From: Ptychomitrium polyphyllum
Lineage: Eukaryota
Assembly: GCA_973851085.1 (NCBI GenBank)
Contig: OZ316775.1
Span: 1,302,001-1,366,000 of the forward strand
Direction of reading: 5' to 3'
Length of the DNA: 64,000 nucleotides
Made by a program: the position numbers and the translations under genes. Each line of letters starts with the position of its first letter. Within the stretch, counting starts at the first letter, position 1. A model generated the notes under the pieces. The model ran no database searches. It was not told the origin of the DNA and worked only from the letters and a program-made list of their open reading frames with translations. Below, piece by piece: positions 1 through 11,700 of this stretch.

Positions 1-15
1 AGAGCATGATAATAC

Positions 16-1956
16 CTGATAGGCAAGAAAAGTGAAAAGGAACTATTGGTAGGAATGTGACCAGATAGCTTATTGTATGATAGATCCCTGCAAAAGGTTG
101 TGTCGATATAAGTAAAACAACCATCACATACCACGGTCGTAGGCATTTCTATGTAAATATGATGGAATATGGGAACCATCTGTAGGAAGACCTATGACAG
201 GCTTCCAAAAATATGAAGACTGAGTAGTTTCATTGACTGAAGCCAAGTCACATTACATATGGGACTTACAGCACTTGCAGTCTCTGAATGGTAGTAAGTG
301 AAACAGGAATAGAACCGTTCAAACTATTGTTGTTCAGTCGACTGTCCACCATAAACAATAAAAAGACGTGTTGGAATATATACAAAGTAATATTTTAAAA
401 AAAATACAGACACAATTAGAAATTCAATAAAGAAATACGTATTCTTCAACTTGTGGATGAATAGGACATACAGATACGAAGACTTCTCAGCTGCCCAAGA
501 CTGTCTAGTATAGTGCCTATAAGGCTGTTTTGATTAAGATCCATGCTGACAAGACTAGTTAAATTTCCCAGCTCATTAGGAATTGGCACTGTTAAGTTGT
601 TTCCAGACAAATCCCTGCAATGGTGGTAGCAAAGATTGTACCAAGAACTAAAATTCAGCACTACAAGGCATAAGCTTTTTGTGGTTTGAACTCATTCAAA
701 ATGGCAACTCAAATCTTTGATGACTAGGACGATTACATTTACAAACACAAGAGTATCAATCTTGTGTTGTGTTTGATCTAAATTGTAAGTTGTGATTGAA
801 AGGTTCTGACGCTTAGCAATGCTCGACATACTTACAGATATTGCAGGTTCGTAAGGAACCCAACATCTGGTATCAATGTTCCCGATAAGTCATAACTAGG
901 TAAATCCCTGTGGAAGACACAACAAATCACTGGCTTCGATGCAATATTGAGATATGCACCTACTTCCCTTTGGAGCAATTCATGGATTCCGTTCCAAGAT
1001 CAAAACAGCTAGAAGAAAAACTTGCTGTTTCTGAGATGAAATAGAACTGCTGCAAGGATCTTTGATGACTAATATCATATATTGGCTTGCGCTACACACG
1101 TCAGTGTCCAAGTTCAGCCTGGCTATCAGATTACGAAGGAATGTCAAACCTGAAGAGAAGAGGTGCAACAAGAAATGGACTTACAGTCGAACGACCTTAT
1201 TTCCCGCATCGCAGGTAACACGGGACCAAGTGCATGGATTCTCAATGTAATCATCCCAACTCTGTAGCACGTTGTACTGTCTATCACGTTCATCCGAAAA
1301 GCATAGAGACAATCGCCTGTATAGTCACAATTGCACTTCGTATCACAACCAGGTTTGGTAAAGAATTGAGAGTTTTCAAAATTGAGCGAATGTCCACGAA
1401 ATCGTTACGTCGTCTACCAAGTCCAGTGAATGGCACTAAATTAAGCTGATCGATCCACACGGGCAAACCACTTCACTCTAATCAACCATCAAACACTTTC
1501 CTACCTGGAACGCAATCCACGTTCGCTATTCCAGAAATACGATTCTAACACAAATTAAAGCGACTATTTAGATCAAACAGATTTGACTATCCGTATGAAG
1601 GCATCTCAAACAAAGTAACGGGAGCACAATAACCACGTTCTAATGCTGCAAGCTGAACCTGCAACTGTAACTACAATTGTGGATAGCTCAAATGAAGAGT
1701 GACCATGCCACTTCGTACTGGCATTCAAGCGAAAAATCGTTACATTATCAGTGCACAATCAACTCAAACCGTAGCTAGAGTTGCCAGCCTGTTGTCCTTT
1801 AGATCCTCTGCCAGCCACTGACGAGACTCATTGCACCCTCAAGTATCCCAAAATGGAGCTAGTGCACGAGAGAGATTGAACACACCTTCCAGGTTGCCCC
1901 TGGCCCCGCCAGACATCATAGCGATCAAAAAAGGGTAAAATGAGGGGGGAAGTCAT
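16..1956 (-). pseudogene. SERK/LRR-II-type leucine-rich-repeat receptor-like gene, 5' part, frameshifted; continues past the window start
   Basis: GT-AG exons at 1956-1886, 1316-1185, 907-836, 614-472, 341-270 and 87-16. They encode ..ARGNLEG / DCLYAFR..NVLQSWD..NPCTWSRVTC / DLPSYDLSGTLIPDVGFLTNLQYL / DLSGNNLT.PIPNELGNLTSLVSMDL / RLNNNSLNGSIPVSLTTIQRLQVL / DLSYNKLSGHIPTNSSFSLF, the SERK leucine-zipper and LRR exon layout. Exons 2 and 4 are 132 and 143 bp instead of 133 and 144, and exon 1 has an extra T in a homopolymer. Confidence 0.85.
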
Positions 1957-4900
1957 TCATCCCACATGAGGCATGGCTACGAGGAACTCTAGAGAAATGA
2001 GCTACCTCTCAGAGTCCGGCGATGGACAGGTGCTCCGACTCATGCACACCACTCCCCAGTGCCATCATGTGGAGTTGCTGCTAAAGCATGAGCAGAGGGG
2101 CCCGAGCGTCTGAGCATACCGCCATGAGCATGATATCCTGGTGAGGGTCCCTGCAAAGCAGCAGTACTAGGACTACTGTACCACCGGCGTTCTTGGGTCC
2201 CTGCTTACCAGCGGTGTGACAGCATCTCCACCGCAGTCTGGCCAACGGCGGAATGCCGCGAGTGTTTGTAAGCCAAGCCACCTTCGCCTGACCATGTCCT
2301 GCTCCGCACCCGAAGCTGGTCACCGACCTCACCAACGGTCAAACAAATCTTTGTTTTAGACCTCTAACCTCCAACTCCAATAGCTGCCGCCATCCTCACT
2401 CCAAAAATGATCAGATTTGGTCAAAGTCACATTCCAAGGACGTTTGAGGATGTGCACAGTCCCGCTCTCTCCTTGTTTGGAAAAGGAAATTTGAGGGCCA
2501 CTTTACACGTGGGAGGTGGAAAAATCCCACTGAAGATATGGGTATTTTAGGTAGAGGACGAACCATGGGAGGTGATGGGAAGGTAGATTAAATTATTTTT
2601 TAAAAAATTAGTTCTTTGTTCACATTTCAAAAGCATTTCTATGAATGGTCAACAAAAAATACTTTCCAACAATTATTATTGTTATATAGGCAGCTAACTC
2701 ATTTTTTCATTCATTTTTAAATTGCTCCTCTTGTCAGCAACAAGACAAGGTATAAAGCCTTATGAACAACCTTGAAAATTGTAAAGGAGTCTTATACAAA
2801 TGAACTTAAGGTTTATTGATGATGAAATTATGGTAGAAGTGGTTGATTAGGCTCCAAGGCATTAAGACTTGTTGGCACCAATGGAGCTATTTTTAGAACT
2901 CTAATAATACTAGTCCTATTGAATCTTTTTATATTTAATGATATAGGAATTTTATAAGTGGAATTTTGAAAATTTATAAATCTAGTTTAAAAATGAGCTA
3001 TGAAGAAGTTAAATAATTTTTAGATGGTAAGTTCCAAAAATTGAAATTTTATTGCACAAAATTTTAATAAAAATTTCCAAGTTTTCTTTAAAACATTTAA
3101 CTTTTTAATATGTCATCATCAATGAAATATATTGTATTTTGTAAATTATAACTTAAGCACTCTTTTATTTTTAATTGTTATAAAACCTAGCGTAAAAGAA
3201 TCTTTAGCCAATGCATTTCTTGCTAAAAATCTTAAGCAAAGATGTTTATATATTTAATAACTATTTGAGCTATTAATATGACAATCAAATTATCAAAATT
3301 AGACTTTAATAAAATTGCAAATAAAAAAGCTAAAACCAAAAACAACCATATATTTAAAAAAATATTTATAAAAAACTATTTCCAAATACAAACGTTTCTA
3401 TGAATAAAATTTAAGAAAATTAATAGAAAAATATTTTAGAATATCTAAAAACTACTATCTTTGGGCTATTGCAACAACAATATCCTCATTAATTTTAACA
3501 GTACAACCAATAAAATTCATATATTACAATTAATTGACAATAACCTCAATATTCCTAAATGTTATTACTAATCAAATTGCCCTCCATAATGTACATGTGC
3601 AATTCTACAATATCCATGGCATTTATATAAAGTATAATGTCGATATATACAAATATATACAAATATATAATTACAAAAATATTTAAACACGTATCTACAT
3701 ACAAATATTATAATGCAAATTTTCAATTGTTGTAGCTTATATTTTATTATAATTTTATAATTATTGTAAAAATTCATTATTATTGTGACTTATAATAGTA
3801 AAAAAATTTAATATAATTATAAGAAAAAATAAATTTGATCCTTTTAGGAAAGCCAACTTACATAGAATGTTTATTTTCTTTAGTTGATTTATTAAAAACA
3901 TGGCATTGAAATGCAAGAATATTTTTTAAAAGAAAATAGACATTATAACATAGTAAGCACATATAAATATAAATAAAATAATAATAATCAATTTTACATG
4001 ACTTTGTAAATGGATTTATAAACATTGGTACCTATTAAATTATAATTTTATTGCTTGGTTGGTTGAAAATGCATATTATGCATATTTGATTTAAATTTAA
4101 ATTTAAACAAGGTTGTATGAATAAGGTATAATGTATAGTAGTTTGGCATTTTTATTGAGAAATTTAAGGCAAGAATAAAAGTGCATCAATTAATAGGCTT
4201 ATAATATTCTTTAATTATATGACATGGTGTTTAAATTAATAGTGATTGTAATTAGTATAAATAAATTGGTTTTATTTACCATCCTTTTTTGTTTCAATAA
4301 TTAGGAAGTTAAATTATATATGTTTTGACAATATATTGATGATTTTAAGCTATTATTTGTGTAATTTATTAAACATTACTAAATGTATTGCAATAACATC
4401 ATATGTTTCAAAAAAAAATTAACATTTGGTAATAAATAAAATTTGAATTATTTTTGATATATTATAAAAAACATGAATAGCGGCACTTGCTATAATTGTA
4501 ATAATAATAATCATAATAATAAATAAAACCTACCAACATTATAAACAAATTTTGTTTAAGGAGTAATTGCTATTTGTTTGTTCTAGCTTCAAACCATTTT
4601 ACACCCATTTTAATAATAAAAATTGAAATTTGGCTATTGTGGTTGTTAATTTCAAGATAGAATACAATTAAACTTGTAGCACCAATTTCTATAAAAGCTT
4701 TTATAACTTTTGTAAAATCAAAAAAATTACTAGTGCATTTTGCTAACTTAGTTTAAATTTCAGAACATCTGAGTAAAGTTTTAAACTTGAATTATTAATA
4801 ACCTTTTCACATGGCACCAATTTTATGAGCAATTCAGTGATTATTATAAAAAAGTGCATTCATTGTTAGAGCAATATCTTATCACAAAAAACAAAAATTT

Positions 4901-5838
4901 AGATAATTGAAAGAATAACATCATTTTCTTCAGATATAAGCACTTTTGGGCATTAGAAGGCAAAAGTGCAATATTATTTCTTTCTTGCCGTTTAAACACT
5001 TTCTTTGCAATATAAAATTTCGAATTAGAATACAAATTCCAAAAGTTTGTACAAGTAATTATTGCTAATTCTTTACATTTCATCTTGTTAGAAAGATGGT
5101 TGCATGAAATAATCAATGAGAATTGTTTCTTTTTATGCCATGGTAAAGAACCTTGTAAAGAAGCTTTAGATCTTTATTGCATAGTAGTTGGCAATGTGCA
5201 AATTCAATATATAGAAGCCAATGCATGACATTAAAAATAGTGTTTAACAAATAATAAGATAATAATTCATATCACCTTTTATGCAATATTCTATTGAAAA
5301 TCTTATAAGGTTAATGTTCCTTAAACCATTAAAAATTCTTTTGAAAAAAAGAAGCAATTGTTTTTGAATTTGAAACAAACATAGAAAGATGGAGCAAATT
5401 AGTTTTTACTTCTTGCAAAATGAATCATCAAATTAAATGAGATAGAATATAAAATAATTAAAATATAGTATAAGAAAAATAATTAAGGACTACATCAAAA
5501 AGTACAAGTAACTTTGAAGCCATCAGGTTGTAGGTGATCCTTCTAAGTGTTTACAAGACAATTAAACTTTTTGATATTGCATGATTATTATCATTCATTA
5601 ATTTTCTCTCATTAGTTTTCTGTGCAATAGGAACCACAATTCAACTTACAACAGGACAAGAGACTATATAGTTTGTGCCGGCATCTACCTAATAAAATCA
5701 TATTTAAGAATTTTTCAATCCTTCTTGGTGCTTGGGCCATGCACATGTAAACTTGGTATAAAGCATGTGCGTTTCAAGCACAAACAATATTCTCCAATTG
5801 TACAAACCTAATTCTAGCCTTTGGGTACTACTTAAATG

Positions 5839-6363
5839 TGTCAAGGACATAGATCATGCAACAATATTTAGAACCTTCTATAACCTTTTGGTATATTATA
5901 ATAGTTTCTTAGAATACTTTCAAAGTTTTCATAGCCATTTCCACGTCCTTGGAAAATTTCCTAGGAAGGTTCCACCACATCATGAAGGTTCTATCTCTTT
6001 GGAAAACTTCCTTAGAAGATTCCACCATCTTGGAAAATTTCCAAAGAAGATTCCAAACTCTTGGAAGTTTCTTAGGAAGATTCCACCATATTAGGAAATT
6101 TCTTTAAAAGGTTCCATTGACTTTTAAAACATTCTTAAGCCTTATAGGAAGCTTTTTTAGAAGTATCCTAAGAGATACAAGCGTCATAGTATAAATAAGA
6201 GGCAAGACAAGGTATACCTTAGTGTTGCCAACACAAATTATGGATCATATTGTATCATGCCTTACTCTAATCTTTATATTAGTTCTTATTAATCATTAGC
6301 TCTTTGGAAGCTAATTCTTGGGAAACACTTTGTTTCTGCTTCTTGTTTCTTATGTCTCTAACA
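5839..6363 (+). mobile_element. Solo LTR of the same Ty3/Gypsy family as the element at 19800
   Basis: Starts TGTCAAGG and ends CTAACA. Aligns by eye along its length with the LTRs at 19800-20225 and 25522-~25900. Flanked by aaatg / aagtg (4/5 match, degenerate 5-bp TSD). Confidence 0.85.
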
Positions 6364-8948
6364 AAGTGCATTAAAGCCTTTCAAAATTTGGAATCTTGCA
6401 ATGTGCTGACTAATGTTTGAATTATTTGAAAATTCATCCATTTTTTCATCCATGATTCCACCAAGCTTTAGATGAATACATAAGGTAAGCATATATATTA
6501 CAGAAATTTTAAGTCACTGAGCATGGTTGTTATTGTGAGGTAATTAAGCTCATTAAATTTTATTTGCTATTGAAGGAGGATTTTAACACATATAGTTTAT
6601 GTTTTTAGAATATTGTATGAATAAATTATAAATTCTCAAAGTTTTGAATATGACATGTATCAAAAAGTGACACTAATCTTGATGTTTAAATGATGTATAT
6701 TTTCATGATCAATATGTACTTATCTTCTAAGATTATCATTGAACACATTATTAATACCTAAAATATTAGGAGTTACTTAATTTAAAACATAATTATTTTT
6801 GAAATATTATAAGGTTTATGGAAGTAAGATATGAAGATTTCAAAAGTACAATCTTTTCATAGACATATTGCAAATGATGTAGATCATGTTTTGAGTCATA
6901 AAGCCTTATAGACTAAAAGACTAGAATATTTCAATATCAAAAAATGGTTTTAAAATTTGATTTGTAGTTCATTGTAGTTGAATCTCTTACTAGACATACT
7001 TCAATAAAATAATAATTAATTAGAAAGTTTCTTAGTTTTATTTTAAGAAGAGTTAGTCAAATAAATTCATAACAAAAAACTTCCCTATTCAAAAATGACC
7101 TTGCAATGTCAAAACTCGTCCAAATTTTACAAAACAAAAGATAATAAAAACTTTGCTAAATTTTGAGTACATTTTAGATTGTTGCAATATTTTATCATAA
7201 AAAAATAGACTTGATTTAAAATTCAATTTAATACTTTTTTACTAAAATAAATAGAAGAAAGATAATTCTTTATAGTTTTAATCAACCAAAATAATTAGAC
7301 ATGACAATTTGTGCTTGTTAAAATTAAAGAAATTAGGTTTGTTTTTTTTTTTTCCTTGCTTCATTCAGTATAAAATCATATTCATAACAACTTAGTATTA
7401 AATGATAAGGTTCTTTGCTACCAAAACTGGTTATGTTTTGAATCCAAGTTTTTTAGTAACATAAAGAATATCAAAAATAATTATTAAGTAAACTCAAAAA
7501 TAATAAAATTAGCATAAACAAATAAATATTCGAAAATTTCAACATATTTTTCCTTAATATTTATACATTAATATTTTTATAAAAATGAACAATTCATCTA
7601 TAGTATTAGAAAAGATACTTCTTGTTACATCTGATTATTACTTAAAATAACAATATATTTAATGGATCTAGTCTTAAAATTAAATACTTTATAATATGAA
7701 GAATATTTCTATTATATTCTATAAATATTATTAAATATTTCTTAAATTACTCTAATAATCCCTTGTGTGATTTACAAATCTAACTTATATATTTTATATA
7801 CACTATAGTAGAATTTAGAATTTTTAAAAATCTTTCTTGGAAGAATAGAAAATATTGTTATTTTTATCTTTCCTCATTTAGAAATTATAATAAAGTGTCT
7901 TTCATAAAGATATAAAAATTTATTTCGAGAAATTATTAATGAAGATAATTATGATTCGTTAGTATCATGATAAATAATATGAAATACTTAGCCCATGTAA
8001 TTAAATTAAAAATTTATATATAATTTTTTGGTAAGAATTAAAAGTACATTAAAAGGCACTTGACATAAAATCTTAGAGACCATGTGATGCTTGATTTTTA
8101 AAACAAGAATTGTATTAATAAATGTTACTTATAAAACTTCATTAATCATTTACCTATTGCACAAAGTCTTAAGTAAATTTGTACATATTAAATATATGAT
8201 GAAAAAAAATTCTTTCACTTTTTTTAAAGTGTGGAAGGAAAAGGAACTTTTTAAATTATATTATAAAAAATTTCATAGACCATTGTAAAAAGTTTGATAC
8301 ATAATAAGCATGTGAACATTGACATAAAATTACATTTATATGATTAAATCCATTATAACCATTGTTAAAACGATTTACTTAATTTTCAATCATTTTGCTT
8401 CAAATTCAATTATAATTAAGATTATATATAGTTATTTTAGTTCTGTTTGATTTGACTATGAGTCCATTTTGATATAAATATATACTAACATCTTTTAAAA
8501 TTTCTACATAAGCTTAATTTGAAAACTTATTTATAAATTTATGTAGCATTGTATAAATTGTATCAAATTAGTAGGAGAATTCAACAAATTTTAAGTAAGT
8601 AATAAATGTAATTTAATTGTGCATGAAAGAAATTTTTAAATTATTTCATGACACAAAATAAGGATGTAATCAATCTTATAAATTAAACAAATTGTTGACT
8701 TATGTTACAAGTTTCATATATTGATATTTTTTTTAATGTGCATACTTCTACATTTATTCTTTGTTATTTGAAAGTATATGTATAATTTGTATTTGAGAAA
8801 ATTGTAAATAAGATTATTTTGAAGGAATCACAAACAAACATAATGTAGGGCATATATTAATTTTTTGAAGAAATGACAAAAATAGCAAAATTCTTGGACA
8901 TAAGACATTGCATTATTGTTATTCTATAATAAAGTAGAAGTTTTTATT

Positions 8949-9363
8949 TGTTGTGTAAATAAAGATTGTCAATACAATACATTGAGTACTACAACTATAA
9001 TCAATTTTGTGGCAAATAAAAACCAAACAAAAGGTATAACAAGTACACCTTCAAGTGCCTCTCCATCTGATCATGGAGCTCTGCTAAACAGCTAGGGCCA
9101 TAATTATATACAAGTGAAAAAGTATGCCATATTAAAATCTTAGTAATCCAAATAAGTCAAGAAAGCTAGACGAAAGTAAATAGGGAACTTTTAGGCTGGG
9201 TACAATGTGAGCCCCACCTTTAATTGCCTTTGATAATTTAAATTGCCTTCAATAGCCTTGAAGGTGTCCTTATTATACCTTCTATTTGATTTATCTTTGC
9301 CACAAAACTGACTATGGTTATAGTACTTGATGTGTAATATTGATAATCTTTATTTACATGACA
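8949..9363. repeat. Foldback element: 107-bp inverted repeats (8949-9055 and 9257-9363) around a 201-bp spacer; MITE-like
   Basis: Ungapped manual alignment of arm 1 with the reverse complement of arm 2 gives about 19 mismatches in 107 bp, mostly transitions. The element begins TGT and ends ACA. Confidence 0.8.
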
Positions 9364-10037
9364 TCCTAATGCAATCACATATATATATAATTTAAATAGA
9401 AAGTCAAGTACCATAGTGTTGCTCACAAATACCATTTGAACACCTTCCTTCTAAAGTTTCATGAAAATTTTAATAAAATGAATTTGCATAATATGAAGTT
9501 TAATTATTAAAATGTTTATCTATAAATTTCATAATCCATATGGTTTTCAAACACTAAAATGTTTCAAAAAATTTAATTAATCAACTTCAATGACTTAAAG
9601 GATTTCAAGTACTTTAAAAGAACTTTAAAACCAACAAAGAATATACTATAGCTAATTGACTAAATAACCAAGAGACACAAAAAATAACTTAAAAATTCCA
9701 AGAATATCATATGGTAATCAAACAATGATTTTCCTAATTACTTCCATTCAAATAAATCAATCAGGATAAAATGATGAATTCAAAAATTTCCAAATTCATA
9801 CGACTACTAAAATGAAAGTTGAATAAAACAAAAGAATACCAAATAAAAACAAAACGTGTGAGCACAAAAATACAGTACCAAATAAACTTCATACAACAAG
9901 AAGACTAAAAAACATTTCTAAAAGGAAACAAACACTCCATGATACAAACTCATATTATTCATTACGTTAAATACAGAAAGTTTCAAGAACAAAAAAATCC
10001 CAACTTCAAAAAAAAACATAAACTAGAAAACTCTAGA

Positions 10038-10139
10038 ACATCATAATCTAATCACGAGTTTCAATAGACATCATAATCTAATCACGAGTTTCAATAGACA
10101 TCATAATCTAATCACGAGTTTCAATAGACATCACAATCC
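10038..10139. repeat. Tandem repeat, 30-bp unit ACATCATAATCTAATCACGAGTTTCAATAG, 3 perfect copies plus a partial
   Basis: Read directly at 10038-10127, with a degenerate partial unit to about 10139. Confidence 0.95.
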
Positions 10140-10620
10140 AAAACAACTACTTTCACTAGACAGAAGTCACGAGCGATATACATGAGCTACTCTTAAACTA
10201 AAATACACCTACGTAACGACAAACACAACAAAGGATAAAAAAGTTAAATTCCAATTCCAACAGAGAAACAGAAGAGCAAACCGAGCAAATCGCCCCAACC
10301 AGCCACACGGGGGGCCCCGATCGACGGCTGCGTGGACGGCGGGGCCGCGGAGCAGCGCATCGGGGCCGTCCGCCGGGGCCCTTCGGAGCTCGCCCTCGCC
10401 CTCGCCCCAGCCCTCGCGCAGGCACGCACGCCCGCCTCTTCGTCTGCAAAGGAAGGGCAGGACAGGACAGGTCGCTCGCGGAAGACTGGACTGGACTCTC
10501 TCTCACGCCCCTCCTCGCCCCCTCGCCCGCGTTGCTGCTGCCGCTGCCGCGACGAACTCTGCATTCGGGGCCCTCCGCATGGGATTGCTCGATCGCCCGC
10601 TCCCGTAGTCCGCCCCGCAG

Positions 10621-11610
10621 GTACGCTGCTCTCCTCTCTCTCGCTTCTTGCGTGCCCTCCGTTCCCGGAAATTTTTAAAAATTCGCCGCGTTCTGTCGCT
10701 CTGCTCCTCAGCTCGCGGTCCGGGTCCAGGGTTCGGGGCCCGGCTGCGGGCGTCGCCTGCGTCGCGGGTGGAGGCGCTGTAGGGGAGGGAGCGGTGTGGC
10801 GTCGTCGTTCGTGGTCGTGGATGTTGCAGCGGGGCCCGCGAGGTCGCTCCTATTGCCCCCCGGGCTGCGAGCGATTGGTTCGGGGGAGGTTTCGGCGTTA
10901 GGGTTTTGGGAGGGGAGCATCGGGGTTTTTGTGGAGGACCGAGGTGTGTATTCGGAGGCGGAGGACGCGGCGCAGGGGTTTCACGGGGTGCAATGTGGCG
11001 GGCGCTGTTCGCGTAGCTGGAGTGCGGCATTGGTCGTGGTGCGTAAGGGGTTTGGCAGTGTTCGGGCGAGGGGTGTAGGTTGGCGACTTCTTGACGGGGC
11101 GTGAGGCTTTGTGAGACGTTGTTGTTGTGGAGTTTTGGAAGTCTTTTCTGCAGGCGTGGGCGGGAGGGTTAGCGTGGTGAGGTCGTCTGGGCGAGTGCAG
11201 CTTTGGCTCGGGTTTGGACGCGCCACTTCTCGCGAAGTGCCGGGCACGTGATCAGCTCCTTGCTCCCGCTGCGGGGTCGCGTGTGGTTTGTTCGGAACTA
11301 GGCCTGGAGAGAGGGTGAAGTTAATTTCTAGACGGGTCTCTTGCGGTCGAGGCAGCGACGTGCCGTGCGACGGATTGGTGCGAGAGTCGTTTTTGTAAGA
11401 GGGAATGTAGGTACCGTGAGGGCGAGGGCTGTCCACTGCCCCGGGGCGTCGTGCGCTCCCACTGCGTCATCGTCGTGCCGGGGTTCGCGTGGACGAGGGT
11501 TTTGTCGCGGAGGCGTGTGTAGGAGTGCGGGGGCCGCGTCTTTGAGTGCAGGGGCGGGAGTCGGTGAGGCTCCGAGTAATAACGTGCTGCATTGGCTGTT
11601 GCGTGTCCAG
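10621..11610 (+). other. Probable GC-rich 5'-UTR intron of RBP47 copy A (mirror 35155-36144)
   Basis: Donor CAG|GTACGC at 10621 and acceptor GTGTCCAG| at 11610, 90 nt before the ATG. Contains a telo-box-like TTAGGGTTT at 10898-10906. Confidence 0.55.
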
Positions 11611-11700
11611 GAGTTCAGCTTTCTTTTGTGGTGAGGATTGAAAATCTTGGAAAGCGGGGGTTTATTGGCGGGGCTGTTCGGCGGGGAGAGCACGGAGAGC

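Noticed and set aside
5765..6094. 109-aa ORF with repeated LGKFP motifs
   Set aside because: It is the translation of the tandem repeats inside the solo LTR.
10038..10139. 30-bp repeats as a CRISPR array
   Set aside because: Units are head-to-tail with no unique spacers, there are no cas genes, and the context is eukaryotic.
11638..11700. N-terminal extensions from the ORF track for RBP47 (11638) and NRAMP (51599)
   Set aside because: These begin at non-ATG codons; the first ATGs are at 11701 and 51536.
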